Below are positions 9,501 to 18,111 of a DNA stretch of 64,000 nt, piece after piece; position 1 is the stretch's first letter; every line of letters begins with the position of its first letter. Source of the DNA: an uncultured Candidatus Saccharibacteria bacterium. Lineage in GTDB: Bacteria > Patescibacteriota > JABMPQ01 > JAQVVF01. A program made the position numbers and the translations under genes. The notes beneath the pieces were generated by a model. The model was not told where the DNA came from and did not search any database. It saw nothing but the letters and a program-made list of their open reading frames with translations. The stretch covers positions 137,852 through 201,851 of the forward strand of contig CAZNOH010000001.1 in the NCBI GenBank assembly GCA_964574655.1. Reading direction: 5' to 3'.

Positions 9501-10092
9501 TGTAAACTTGATTGATGAAAAGTTGAATATGGAGATGGATTTGGTGAGAACAATTGCGAAATTAGGTTTAGCTGCACGTGCAAAAGCACAAATGAAAGCA
9601 CGACAGCCGTTAGCTAAGTTGAAAGTTAAAAGTTTAAAGTTAAAAGTTACGGACGATTTAATTGCTATTTTAAAAGACGAATTAAATGTGAAAGTTATTG
9701 AATTTGTGGAAAAGATTGGTTTTGAGGTTGAAGAAAAGAAAAACAAGAAAAAGTATATTTCTAAAGAAAAAGGCTTTGAAGTTGAAGGTGATGGTAATGT
9801 TGTTATTGCTTTACAGACTGAATTAACTGAAGAACTAGAATTAGAAGGTATGGCTCGTGAAGTTGTCCGACAGATTCAATCAATGCGTAAAGAAGCTGAT
9901 TATCAGATTGCAGACCGTATTAAAGTTTGTTTTGAATTAGGTGAAAAAGGTAAAAAAGTTTGCCATCAGTTTGGTGATTATATTAAAAAAGAAACTTTGG
10001 CAACTGAATTAGAAGAAGGTAAAAAAGAAGTTGATTTGGGCAAAGAGGCGAAATTAGGCAAGGAAGAAGGATGGATTGGAGTGAAGAAATAG
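6550..10092 (+). CDS. ileS: Isoleucine--tRNA ligase (type 2) with inserted histidine-phosphatase domain
   Basis: DGPITAN, GVHH in place of HIGH, WTTTPWTLP, GTGIVHIAP, DWVISRKRYWG, PMHKS; RHG phosphatase insert at about 8004-8560; ATG 6550 preferred. Confidence 0.97.
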   Translation: MFKKVDPKQDFIKLEHDVLGFWNENRMFYKLQNKNHGKEPWSFIDGPITANNPMGVHHAWGRTLKDVFQRYKAMQGFDQRWQNGFDCQGLWVEVEVEKDLGFNSKKEIEKFGLDNFSKACKERIEKYSEIQTEQSKRLGQWMDWRNSYYTYTDDNIEAIWTFLEKCKRNGWLYKGYSVMPWCTRCGTALSQHELSDDGWKEVVHQAVYIKLKRKSEEAEINEYFLVWTTTPWTLPANVALAVNPKVKYVRVMKDGETYILAKALVSKVLGEAEIVEEVDGKSLLGLHYEGPFDELPAQTGVDHKVISWEDVSDAEGTGIVHIAPGCGEEDYQLSKTNDLKIIAPIDEFGNYVDGFDWLNKKNVHGIKNEIFSSLKEKGNFLKIADIKHRYPFCWRCKEELVFRAVSEWFIDVSEVREPMRKAAEKVGWLPESVGKRMQDWLDNMGDWVISRKRYWGLPLPFYECECGEVTAVESRKELLELSNQQSTNLILARHGRSEGNVLGITDGKMPGTNLDWKGEEEADQLAKQMKERGVDIVYTSPFSRCKKTAEKVAKLCNAELVEDERLREQAFGNWNDKKVFEVEKELTDFYEENDDKKAGETGESMKELFARCQDFYHEILKKHNGQTVVVVTHDGILANLEKVIVNNKKVRNVMKVTAQNAKAHEINILGNGPSHEGGASKIIPELHRPWIDELKIICPKCKKEVSRIKDVGDCWLDAGIVPFSTLKYFSNKEYWAKWFPAEFVCEMRSQVRLWFYSMLFMAVTLEDETPYKQVLAYEEVRDEKGKPMHKSSGNAIWFDEAAEKMGADVMRWMYCVQNPAYNLRFGYRSAEAIRRKLILLWNVYSFFVLYANIDNFKPVENNKLVLNNKLDQWIISALNALIAECNKEMDRFNAQRVMEKCEKFLDDLANWYVRRSRRRFWKSENDQDKNQAYQTLYTVLTNFVKLIAPVVPFLSEEMYQNLERQSVGASEIGSVHLCDYPKADVNLIDEKLNMEMDLVRTIAKLGLAARAKAQMKARQPLAKLKVKSLKLKVTDDLIAILKDELNVKVIEFVEKIGFEVEEKKNKKKYISKEKGFEVEGDGNVVIALQTELTEELELEGMAREVVRQIQSMRKEADYQIADRIKVCFELGEKGKKVCHQFGDYIKKETLATELEEGKKEVDLGKEAKLGKEEGWIGVKK

Positions 10093-10094
10093 TT

Positions 10095-10149
10095 GAACAA
10101 ATAGTTTGAACAGAAAAAAGATAGGCGAAAATGCCTATTTTTTTTGACA
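10095..10149 (+). repeat. ileS terminator/promoter block, copy 1 of a direct repeat
   Basis: gaacaaatagtttgaacagaaaaaagataggc...gcctattttt; similar copy at 12939-13003; TTGACA-17-TAAAAT at 10144-10172. Confidence 0.7.
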
Positions 10150-10258
10150 TTTTGTGTTTAAAAAGGTAAAATATTATTATAAAGGTATGGATTGTTCGTT
10201 AAAATTTAATTGACTATCCAATCGATTTCTTTTCATCCCCAAGAACCAGGAGGAGAAG

Positions 10259-12889
10259 ATGCGAACAGAAAGATGGTTGATGATAGGTTTAATGTCTGTT
10301 TCTTTGATTTTTTGCACTTGCGTTATTGAACAAGCTGAAGTAGAAAATGAAGAGGTTGCAAATCGAGATATTGGCGGCAACAGTCCTAGTTTTAAGATTC
10401 CTCTCCCGAAAGGATTTGAATGGAAAGTCACGCAATCTTGGGGCGAGCATGCTGAACAATGTGATATTGATTATCCTCCAGCGTCTGGAGAAGATTATTT
10501 TGTAGAATCTTCTCATAATACTAGTTCTTATTGCGAATATGGTTGGGATTTTAGTTTACCAGGTTCAACTGATAGCGGAAAACCAGTTTTAGCTTCTGGC
10601 TTGGGCACTCTTAAATATATTGGGGATGGGACAAGTTCTGGACAATGCAATGGTTGGGGATACTGTGCGATCATTGATCATCAATACAAAAAAACTATTG
10701 ATGGCTTAGAGCATAATGTTTGTTCACGTTACGCACATATGATTATTGATTCGGGATCTCAGTTAGAAATAGGTCAGGATATTTGTCAGGGATTAAAAAT
10801 AGGAGAAATCGGAGATACTGATTCACCTGGAGCGTATCATCTTCATTTTCAGTTTGAAGATTGTGATAATCGGAAGCCATTGCGGATGGGATTTACAGAT
10901 GGAAATGGAGTTCCTCGATGTGAAGAATATTTGACGCTAACCAATGATGAAGTAGAAAGCTGTGGTGATTCTCCTGACGATGTTTTTGGTGATGCTGAAT
11001 TGCCAGAAGGTGGCTGGGTGAATGCAGGTTGTGGATCTTTGCCGGATTGTCCGTTAATTCCAAATTGTAATAGAGAAAAAGGAACTCATCTATTTTCTGA
11101 TTACATGATTGTTGATGATGTATTATTAGCTGCTGGATATCTTTATGGCGAATGTGCTTTGGATGGTAAAGCTGATGGCGGGTTACATCCAAATGATGAC
11201 ATTTCACGAGCAGAAACTTTAAAAGTTGCATTGAATTTGTTTGGTTTGGCGAGTGACAATTGTGGTGATTCAGAGAGCTTTACAGATGTTAGTCCTGATG
11301 ATTGGTTTTATGATTTGGTGAATTGTGCCCAGAAGTATGGAATCATTGAAAGCGTGGGCGGATCTTTTTATCCCAGTCATGCAGCGACTTTTGCTGAAGC
11401 GGCAAAAGTTGTTGTCGAAGCAGCGAATCAGGCTGATGTTATCGAAATAAAAAATGCGCATGAGTTAGGATTTAGCGGTTCGTCAGATTCTCATTGGTCA
11501 TTGAATTATTTTGCCACTCTTTATTATTATGGAGGAATCGATTTGGGTTATTTGCCAACTGCAATTTTGGAGCTACCAGTCAAGAGGAAGGATTTTTTTA
11601 TTATGGCAGCTTCTCTTTCGCCTTGTTTTTGCGGAAATGTTAATTGTAGTTCTGGCTGTGTTTGTGATCAGAAAGTTAGCGCTTGTGTTGATCCTGATGA
11701 TGTTTCGGATGATACAGGTGGTGGAGATGATGTAGAAGAAGAACTTGAGGAAAAAGAATTTGATTTGCAAATTGATTGCTTTGTTGATGTTGAGCATACA
11801 AGATGTGAAGATTCTGGTACAATTTTGTATGTAAAATGCGATTTGGAAAATAATGGCGATGAGGTTGTGAAGCTAAATAATCTTGTAATGTTTATGTCTA
11901 GTTCCTCTGAACAATGTCAAGTAACTGATCAAGATTTACATAGCGGTGTTGGAACTCAACATGTTGAGTCAGGAGAAATTAGAGATCTCAATGGACATTT
12001 TGAAATAACTTGTACAGATCAACCAAGAGATAGTGAATTTGAAGTCTATTTTGATTTGTATGAAAGGATTGATGGGGAAGTGACACAATACGAAGATATT
12101 TTGACAGCTGAAATATTTGTTGCTGATGAACCTTTTGAATTGTGCGAGGAAGATACGTGTACTCTATTGACGTGCCGTGTTATGGGATTTAGTTGCGGGT
12201 CTTACAGTGATAATTGCGGAGGCATAATAAGTTGTGGGAATTGTGAGCAAGACTTTGACTGCGTGGATGGCAGATGTCAGCAACGAGAAGTTTGTGAACC
12301 AGTGATCTGTCAAATATTAGGATATCAATGTGGAAATTACAACAACAATTGTGGAGGTATGATTAATTGTGGAAATTGTGGAAATGGTTTTTCTTGTCAA
12401 AATGGTGCATGCGTTGGAATACAAGAAGGTGTTTTTGATCAAGACCAATGCAATTTGTGTCCTTATACAACACCATGCGATGAAAATAATCATTGTCAGG
12501 CGGAAGGGTGGTACGATGATTGGGTATGTGAAAATGGATATGTCACAACTATTGGATCTCCAGGAGGCAGAGTAGAAATTGAAACTTCAGGCGGTCAACA
12601 AAGATTTTACCAATTTGATTTAAATCCGGCGATGCTATTTACTTTTAGTTGTGATGAATTGCCAGTGGCAATTTGGATTGAAACTGGTCCAGAATCGTTA
12701 AGTGTTGAAATTATGGATCCAAGTTTGCCATATTTTTCTTTTATTTCCCCACCATGTGAATGTGGTGTTTCAATTTATCCAAGGGGGATTGAAATGACTG
12801 CAAGAGGTATTTCTCTTTTGGTCAATAATGATGCAGAACATTGGTTGATTCGAGTGCCGATGAAAGATTATCGATCTTTTTTTGAGTAA
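10259..12889 (+). CDS. Secreted M23-family peptidase with SLH-like repeats and Cys-rich repeats
   Basis: Signal-like N-terminus; YGWDF...GKPVLA...YAHM...HLHFQ M23 motifs; FTDVSPDDWFY and HPNDDISRAE SLH-like motifs; two CG..NCGG.I.CGNC repeats. Confidence 0.75.
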   Translation: MRTERWLMIGLMSVSLIFCTCVIEQAEVENEEVANRDIGGNSPSFKIPLPKGFEWKVTQSWGEHAEQCDIDYPPASGEDYFVESSHNTSSYCEYGWDFSLPGSTDSGKPVLASGLGTLKYIGDGTSSGQCNGWGYCAIIDHQYKKTIDGLEHNVCSRYAHMIIDSGSQLEIGQDICQGLKIGEIGDTDSPGAYHLHFQFEDCDNRKPLRMGFTDGNGVPRCEEYLTLTNDEVESCGDSPDDVFGDAELPEGGWVNAGCGSLPDCPLIPNCNREKGTHLFSDYMIVDDVLLAAGYLYGECALDGKADGGLHPNDDISRAETLKVALNLFGLASDNCGDSESFTDVSPDDWFYDLVNCAQKYGIIESVGGSFYPSHAATFAEAAKVVVEAANQADVIEIKNAHELGFSGSSDSHWSLNYFATLYYYGGIDLGYLPTAILELPVKRKDFFIMAASLSPCFCGNVNCSSGCVCDQKVSACVDPDDVSDDTGGGDDVEEELEEKEFDLQIDCFVDVEHTRCEDSGTILYVKCDLENNGDEVVKLNNLVMFMSSSSEQCQVTDQDLHSGVGTQHVESGEIRDLNGHFEITCTDQPRDSEFEVYFDLYERIDGEVTQYEDILTAEIFVADEPFELCEEDTCTLLTCRVMGFSCGSYSDNCGGIISCGNCEQDFDCVDGRCQQREVCEPVICQILGYQCGNYNNNCGGMINCGNCGNGFSCQNGACVGIQEGVFDQDQCNLCPYTTPCDENNHCQAEGWYDDWVCENGYVTTIGSPGGRVEIETSGGQQRFYQFDLNPAMLFTFSCDELPVAIWIETGPESLSVEIMDPSLPYFSFISPPCECGVSIYPRGIEMTARGISLLVNNDAEHWLIRVPMKDYRSFFE

Positions 12890-12911
12890 GCGATTTTATA
12901 TCGCTTTTTTT
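12887..12911 (+). terminator. Intrinsic terminator after the M23 gene
   Basis: aagcgat-tttat-atcgctt followed by a T run. Confidence 0.65.
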
Positions 12912-12938
12912 ATTTGTAAAATAATGATAAATCAATGC

Positions 12939-13003
12939 GAACAAATAATTTGAACAGAAAAAGATAGGCAAATATTCGTCTATCTTTTGTTTTGTATTGA
13001 CTT
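12939..13003 (+). repeat. Terminator/promoter block, copy 2 of the direct repeat
   Basis: gaacaaataatttgaacagaaaaagataggc...gtctatctttt...ttgact. Confidence 0.7.
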
Positions 13004-13071
13004 TTTATAGAAATAAGGTAGAGTAATTAGTCTTGGATTTTCAGGATGCCTAGAAGGAGGAGGAGAAGACA

Positions 13072-13884
13072 ATGAAAAGATCTCCATGCAGTTGGTGTTG
13101 TGGTGAAAGTTCTTTAAACATTGGAGCGGGATCATTTCGTGATTTTGACTTTGATTATTCTTATGGTCTTCCGATTTGTGGTGGCTGTGGTGGTTTAGGA
13201 ATTCAAGTTGATGATGAGGAGTTCAGGCGACTTACGAAAGAGATTATTAGATTGCGATTTGAGTATTGCCCTACTGGTGATATGCACTTGTGTCCAGACT
13301 TGCCTTTTATTGTTAGATTGCAAAAATATAAGGCTTTGCAAGCTGTTGTAGTTGAAATTTTTGGGAAATTTGCTGAATCTGGTAATGAATGTTATGCAAA
13401 AGATCTTATTGGTAGTGGCTTTGCTTGGGGGATTGAGCAATTAGAGAAGGCGTCTCAAGTCTATTGTGAGGTCTTTGAACGTGAACCGGAGAATGAATCA
13501 TGAGAAGTTAAAGCAGTTCGGTTGGCTTGGTTGGAGTTTTGGAAAGGAAATTTTGAAGATGGTAAGAGATTGTTTTTGGCTGTTTTAAGAGATTTTCCTG
13601 AATCGAGTATTGTTAGCTGTGATTATGCTAACTATCTGTTGCTTTTCGAACGAAATCATGTCGAGGCTCTGAAATATTTTGAACAAGCAGTGAGTCAAAA
13701 ACCGAGAAAAGCTGCTCATTATTATAATTTGGCAAAATTGTTGTTCAAAAAAGAACAGTTTTCAAGAATTGATGAATTGCTTGGTGAAGCTTTAGTATGT
13801 GAAGATTCTTCTTCTTTGAATGATTGCTTTGAGGAAATTACATTGATGAGGGAAAAAGCAAGGTCGCGAGCACATTTGTCTTAG
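13072..13884 (+). pseudogene. Zn-knuckle + TPR protein interrupted by one in-frame TGA (13501-13503)
   Basis: ORFs 13072-13503 and 13522-13884 share a frame; the TPR-like pattern continues across the stop (VFEREPENES*EVKAVRLAWLEFWKGNFEDG); strong SD only before the first part. Confidence 0.6.
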
Positions 13885-13936
13885 TAACTATCCATATGGA
13901 TAGTTTTTTTATACCTATGCTATAATGTTTTTGTCT

Positions 13937-14707
13937 ATGGCAACATATAAAACAAAAGGTATTATTATTAAAAGAGTGAATTATAAAGAAGCAGATAAAA
14001 TCCTGACTATTTTTACGGCGAATATGGGCAAGATTACAGCTTTGGCAAAAGGAGTTAGAAAGACAACTTCGAAATTAGGCGGACATTTGGAATTGTTTTG
14101 TAGCGTGGATTTGATTTTGGCTGAAGGAAAAGCTTTTGATATTGTGACGTCTGTAGAAAAAAATTGTCATTTTAAAAACTTATGTTTTGATTTAGATAGA
14201 ACTTCTCATGCTTATTATGTTTGTGAATTGGTTGATAAATTTACTCATGAAGATTACAAAGATACAAGGTTATATAATTTATTGTTTTTAGCTTTGGATT
14301 CGATAAATCAAGAAATATCTTTGGATAAAAAACTAGATTTGATTTTGAGCGGTTTTAAAATCAAGCTTTTAAAAATTCTTGGTTTTTTGCCTGATTTAAA
14401 AAAATGTGTTCATTGTGGCAAGAGGGATCAAGAAAATTATTTCAGCTCTTTTTTGGGTGGTTTGATTTGTAAGAGTTGCTTTGATATGGATCGTGAGAGT
14501 TTGAAAATTTCTTTGGAATGTTTAAAGATCTTAAATTTTTTGGAAGATAATAATTTTGAAAATATAAAGAGACTGAAAATTGATGATAAGTTTAGTAAAG
14601 AAGTGGAAAGAGTGTTGGATCAATTTATTAGATTCAATCTAGATAGGGAATGTAAAGCTAAGAGTTTGTTATGCGATGTAAAAAGGCTATGTTTGACAAC
14701 AAATTAA
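13937..14707 (+). CDS. recO: DNA repair protein RecO
   Basis: EADKILTIFT...GKITALAKGVRK, zinc finger CVHCG...GGLICKSC. Confidence 0.93.
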   Translation: MATYKTKGIIIKRVNYKEADKILTIFTANMGKITALAKGVRKTTSKLGGHLELFCSVDLILAEGKAFDIVTSVEKNCHFKNLCFDLDRTSHAYYVCELVDKFTHEDYKDTRLYNLLFLALDSINQEISLDKKLDLILSGFKIKLLKILGFLPDLKKCVHCGKRDQENYFSSFLGGLICKSCFDMDRESLKISLECLKILNFLEDNNFENIKRLKIDDKFSKEVERVLDQFIRFNLDRECKAKSLLCDVKRLCLTTN

Positions 14708-14721
14708 ATTAAACAAAATTA

Positions 14722-15321
14722 ATGAAAATAATAAAATTTTTTATAATTGCATTATTAATATTGTGTCCGAAGTTTTCTTTCGCCGAAGATTTTCCGGAAA
14801 AGAGCGATAAGTTAGTTAATGATTATTCTAAAATGTTAAATAGTATTGATAGTATAGAACAAAAGCTTGTTGATTTTGAGAGAGATAATCAAGCTCGGAT
14901 GGTGATAGTTGTTTTGCCTGTTGCAGGTGATTTAAACGAATATGCGGATCAATTATTCACGCAATGGAATGTTGGTGGCAGAGAAGATAAAGGAATTTTG
15001 TTTCTGATTAGTTCAGAAAAAAAAGAAGCAGCAATGAAATTGAGTTATGGTTTGAGTGAAAATATAAAACAAGAGCAAATTGATGAATTAATTTCTAAAG
15101 GAATAAATCCAGCATTATTAGAGGGTAATTATTCTAATGCTGTTGATTTAGGAGTGAAAAGTCTGGAAAAGATTTTAAAAGGAGAGTATAATGGCGTACA
15201 GTCAAAAGCTAGCAATAATTGGGTGTTTGGCGTAATATTTTTATTTGTTGTGTTGTTTATGATTATTGCTTCAGCTTATGGAAGACAGGAGAGACGGAGA
15301 ATAATTTATAATAAAGAATAA
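14722..15321 (+). CDS. TPM domain membrane protein
   Basis: Signal peptide, VNDYSKML, YADQLFTQWNVG..DKGILFLI, C-terminal TM. Confidence 0.85.
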   Translation: MKIIKFFIIALLILCPKFSFAEDFPEKSDKLVNDYSKMLNSIDSIEQKLVDFERDNQARMVIVVLPVAGDLNEYADQLFTQWNVGGREDKGILFLISSEKKEAAMKLSYGLSENIKQEQIDELISKGINPALLEGNYSNAVDLGVKSLEKILKGEYNGVQSKASNNWVFGVIFLFVVLFMIIASAYGRQERRRIIYNKE

Positions 15322-16451
15322 TGAGTATTTTTAAGTTAGTTGGTAAAAAAAACAAGGCCAGATTAGGAAAGTTAAAAACATTACATGGAGAAATCGAAAC
15401 TCCTTTTTTTATGTCGATTGCAACTTCTGGATTTATTAAAGGTCTGACAACTGATGAAATGAGGGAAATCAACGCTCCAGTTATTTTAAGTAATACATAT
15501 CATCTGATGCTTAGGCCTGGAGAAAAATTGATTAAAAGAGCTGGTGGATTGCATGAATTTATGAATTGGGAAAAGCCTATTTTGACTGATTCTGGCGGTT
15601 ATCAAGTTTTTAGTTTGGCTAAGTTTAGAAAAATTTTAGATTCTGGAGTGAAATTTAAATCTGGCATTGATGGAAAAGAGTATTTTTTAACGCCTAGAAA
15701 AGCAATTCAAATTCAGCAAGATTTAGGTTCGGATATTATGATGGTATTAGATGAATGCGTGGAAAATCCAGCTAGTTATAATGTTGCATTAGAAGCTGTT
15801 GAGAGAACGACAAGATGGGCGAAATTATGCCGAAAAATTTTCAATGACCAATTTTCAATTTCCAATAAATTTTCAATGACCAATTTTCAAATAAATCGAC
15901 CTCTGTTGTTTGGAATTGTACAAGGTTCGTTGTATAAAGATTTGCGAAAGAAAAGTGCTGATGACTTAATAAAGATTGGTTTTGATGGATATGCGATTGG
16001 AGGATTGGCAGTTGGTGAAGGAAAGTCTGAAATGTATAAAATGGTTGAATATTCAGCTAATCTATTACCAGAAGATAAACCTAGATATTTGATGGGTGTT
16101 GGATATCCAGAAGATATTGTTAAGGCAGTATCTTTGGGTATTGATATGTTTGATTGTGTTATTCCAACAAGAAATGCAAGGCATGGGATGTTATTTACTG
16201 GTTTGAAAAACATTGATTTGAAAAAAGGAACTGTAAAATATAAAGCATTAAATATTACTAATAAGGAATTTAGAGAAGATTTTAAGCCAGTTGATAAAAA
16301 TTGCGATTGCGAATTATGTAAAAATTATTCAAGAAGTTATTTGAGACATTTGTTTATGTCGAAAAGTTTTCTGGGACAAAGACTGGCAACCTTGCATAAT
16401 TTGAGATTTTATGTAAGATTGATGGAGGCGTTGAGAGAGGAAGTACTTTAA
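15321..16451 (+). CDS. tgt: tRNA-guanine transglycosylase
   Basis: NTYHL, TDSGGYQVFS, GGLAVGE, PRYLMGVG, FDCVIPTR, CDCELC...HN zinc site. Confidence 0.96.
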   Translation: MSIFKLVGKKNKARLGKLKTLHGEIETPFFMSIATSGFIKGLTTDEMREINAPVILSNTYHLMLRPGEKLIKRAGGLHEFMNWEKPILTDSGGYQVFSLAKFRKILDSGVKFKSGIDGKEYFLTPRKAIQIQQDLGSDIMMVLDECVENPASYNVALEAVERTTRWAKLCRKIFNDQFSISNKFSMTNFQINRPLLFGIVQGSLYKDLRKKSADDLIKIGFDGYAIGGLAVGEGKSEMYKMVEYSANLLPEDKPRYLMGVGYPEDIVKAVSLGIDMFDCVIPTRNARHGMLFTGLKNIDLKKGTVKYKALNITNKEFREDFKPVDKNCDCELCKNYSRSYLRHLFMSKSFLGQRLATLHNLRFYVRLMEALREEVL

Positions 16452-16458
16452 ACAAAGA

Positions 16459-16497
16459 TCTGCCTTTGTTTCTCTGCGAGAGACTTTGGCGGACAAG
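16459..16497 (+). repeat. Family-A palindromic element
   Basis: tctgcctttgtttctctgcgagagactttggcggacaag, directly before the SD of the next gene. Confidence 0.75.
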
Positions 16498-16507
16498 GGA
16501 GGAGAGG

Positions 16508-17875
16508 ATGTCGGACAAATTTGATGTTGTGATCGTTGGTGCTGGACCTGCGGGTTTGTTTGCAGCTTATGAGTTGGTTACGGTAAACTCTGGCTTGAAT
16601 GTTTGTTTGATTGATCGTGGTCCTTCAATTAAGAATCGTACCAGCAGGGATGTTATGTGCGGTGTAGGAGGAACGGGTTTGTTTTCTGACGTAAAACTTC
16701 ATGTTTCAGCTGTATTGTCGCACGAAATGATGTTGAGACTGGTGCCTGTACAAGAATATCAAGAAGTTGTTGATTATGTAGATTCTATTTTTACTGAATA
16801 TGGTGCTCCGGATAGTTATTTTCCTAGAGAAGAAGATGAAGAAAAAGTAAGACAATTGGTAGATGAAGCTGGGCTTTGTGGAATTAAATTGGTTTCGCGG
16901 AAAGTGAGACATGTTGGATCTGACAATTCACCAAGAATTATTGCAAGGTTTGAAGATTTCTTAGTTGCTTCTGGTGTGACATTGAGAACAAATTGTCATG
17001 TTGAGAGAATATTGGTTGAGAATGGTAGTTGTGTTGGTGTTCTAACGAAAGATAATGAAGAGATATTTGCTTCCTATGTTTTAATTGCTCCTGGAAGATT
17101 GGGATCAGCTTGGTTGCAAAAATTAGCAGTACATTTCAATCTAGGCCACAATTATGAAAAGGTTTTGATTGGGGCTAGAGTCGAATTTCCAGCGGCAGTT
17201 ATGCAACGTCATTCCGATGTAATGTATGAACCTATCTTCTTGATTCGGACGCCAACTTATGATGATCAAGTTAGAACATTTTGTCCATGTCCGAGAGGTA
17301 AGGTAAGTATGGAGAGTTACGATGGTTATATCGGAGTGAATGGTTTTTCAGAATCAAGCTATGCATCAGGTAATTCTAACTTTGCTTTTTTAACAGAAGT
17401 GCAATTGGTTAAACCAGTCGAGAATACAACTGATTATGCTGAAATGATGGCAAGAATGGCGACAACTTTAGGTGGCGGGAAACCAATTTTGCAAAGGCTA
17501 GCTGATCTGAGATGCAGTAGAAGGAGTACTTGGGAGCGGATAAGTCATAGTTTTGTTGAACCAACTTTGAGAGAGGTAACACCAGGAGATATAGCTATGG
17601 CGTTGTCAGGAAGAATAGTTGTAAATTTGTTGGAAGGATTAGAAATCTTGGATCGGATTTTACCTGGAATAAATAATGGATCAACATTACTTTATGTGCC
17701 TGAATTAAAGAATCGTTCTTCAGTGATACAAACTGATTCATTTTTAGCTACAGCCATGCCAGGACTTTTTATGGCTGGCGAAGGGGCTGGTGTTTCTGGC
17801 AACATTGTTGGAGCAGCGGCAACAGGAGTGATTGCAGCTAGAGGAATTTTGAAGCAAGGAGGAAAGAATGAATGA
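16508..17875 (+). CDS. FAD-dependent oxidoreductase (COG2509-like)
   Basis: GAGPAGLFAA, RTFCPCPRG, VNG.S, NSNFA, GLFMAGEGAG; GGAGGAG SD before ATG 16508. Confidence 0.88.
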   Translation: MSDKFDVVIVGAGPAGLFAAYELVTVNSGLNVCLIDRGPSIKNRTSRDVMCGVGGTGLFSDVKLHVSAVLSHEMMLRLVPVQEYQEVVDYVDSIFTEYGAPDSYFPREEDEEKVRQLVDEAGLCGIKLVSRKVRHVGSDNSPRIIARFEDFLVASGVTLRTNCHVERILVENGSCVGVLTKDNEEIFASYVLIAPGRLGSAWLQKLAVHFNLGHNYEKVLIGARVEFPAAVMQRHSDVMYEPIFLIRTPTYDDQVRTFCPCPRGKVSMESYDGYIGVNGFSESSYASGNSNFAFLTEVQLVKPVENTTDYAEMMARMATTLGGGKPILQRLADLRCSRRSTWERISHSFVEPTLREVTPGDIAMALSGRIVVNLLEGLEILDRILPGINNGSTLLYVPELKNRSSVIQTDSFLATAMPGLFMAGEGAGVSGNIVGAAATGVIAARGILKQGGKNE

Positions 17876-18035
17876 TTACTTGACTTGGCATGAATATTCA
17901 AGGGGATGTTTGTCTGTATTGGTTTATATTGGATTGATCATTATATTTACACATATGCCTTATATACGAGCATATCTTGATGAGCGAGAGGACAGGAAGA
18001 TTCGAAGAATGATTGAAAAGATTAATGGAAAATAA
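17868..18035 (+). CDS. Small membrane protein (55 aa), below the ORF-track cutoff
   Basis: AAGGAGG SD, overlaps the upstream stop; MNDYLTWHEYSRGCLSVLVYIGLIIIFTHMPYIRAYLDEREDRKIRRMIEKINGK. Confidence 0.55.
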   Translation: MNDYLTWHEYSRGCLSVLVYIGLIIIFTHMPYIRAYLDEREDRKIRRMIEKINGK

Positions 18036-18111
18036 ATTGCACATTTAAGATCTTATTGAAGGTCTTATTTTTTTATGGTAAAATTTAAAAGCAAAAATAA
18101 TTTTAAATTAT

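Noticed and set aside
13501-13503. Genetic code 25 or selenocysteine recoding of TGA
   Set aside because: Conserved genes such as glyS end at TGA in the expected place, long core ORFs have no internal TGA, and there is no redox-motif context or evident SECIS.
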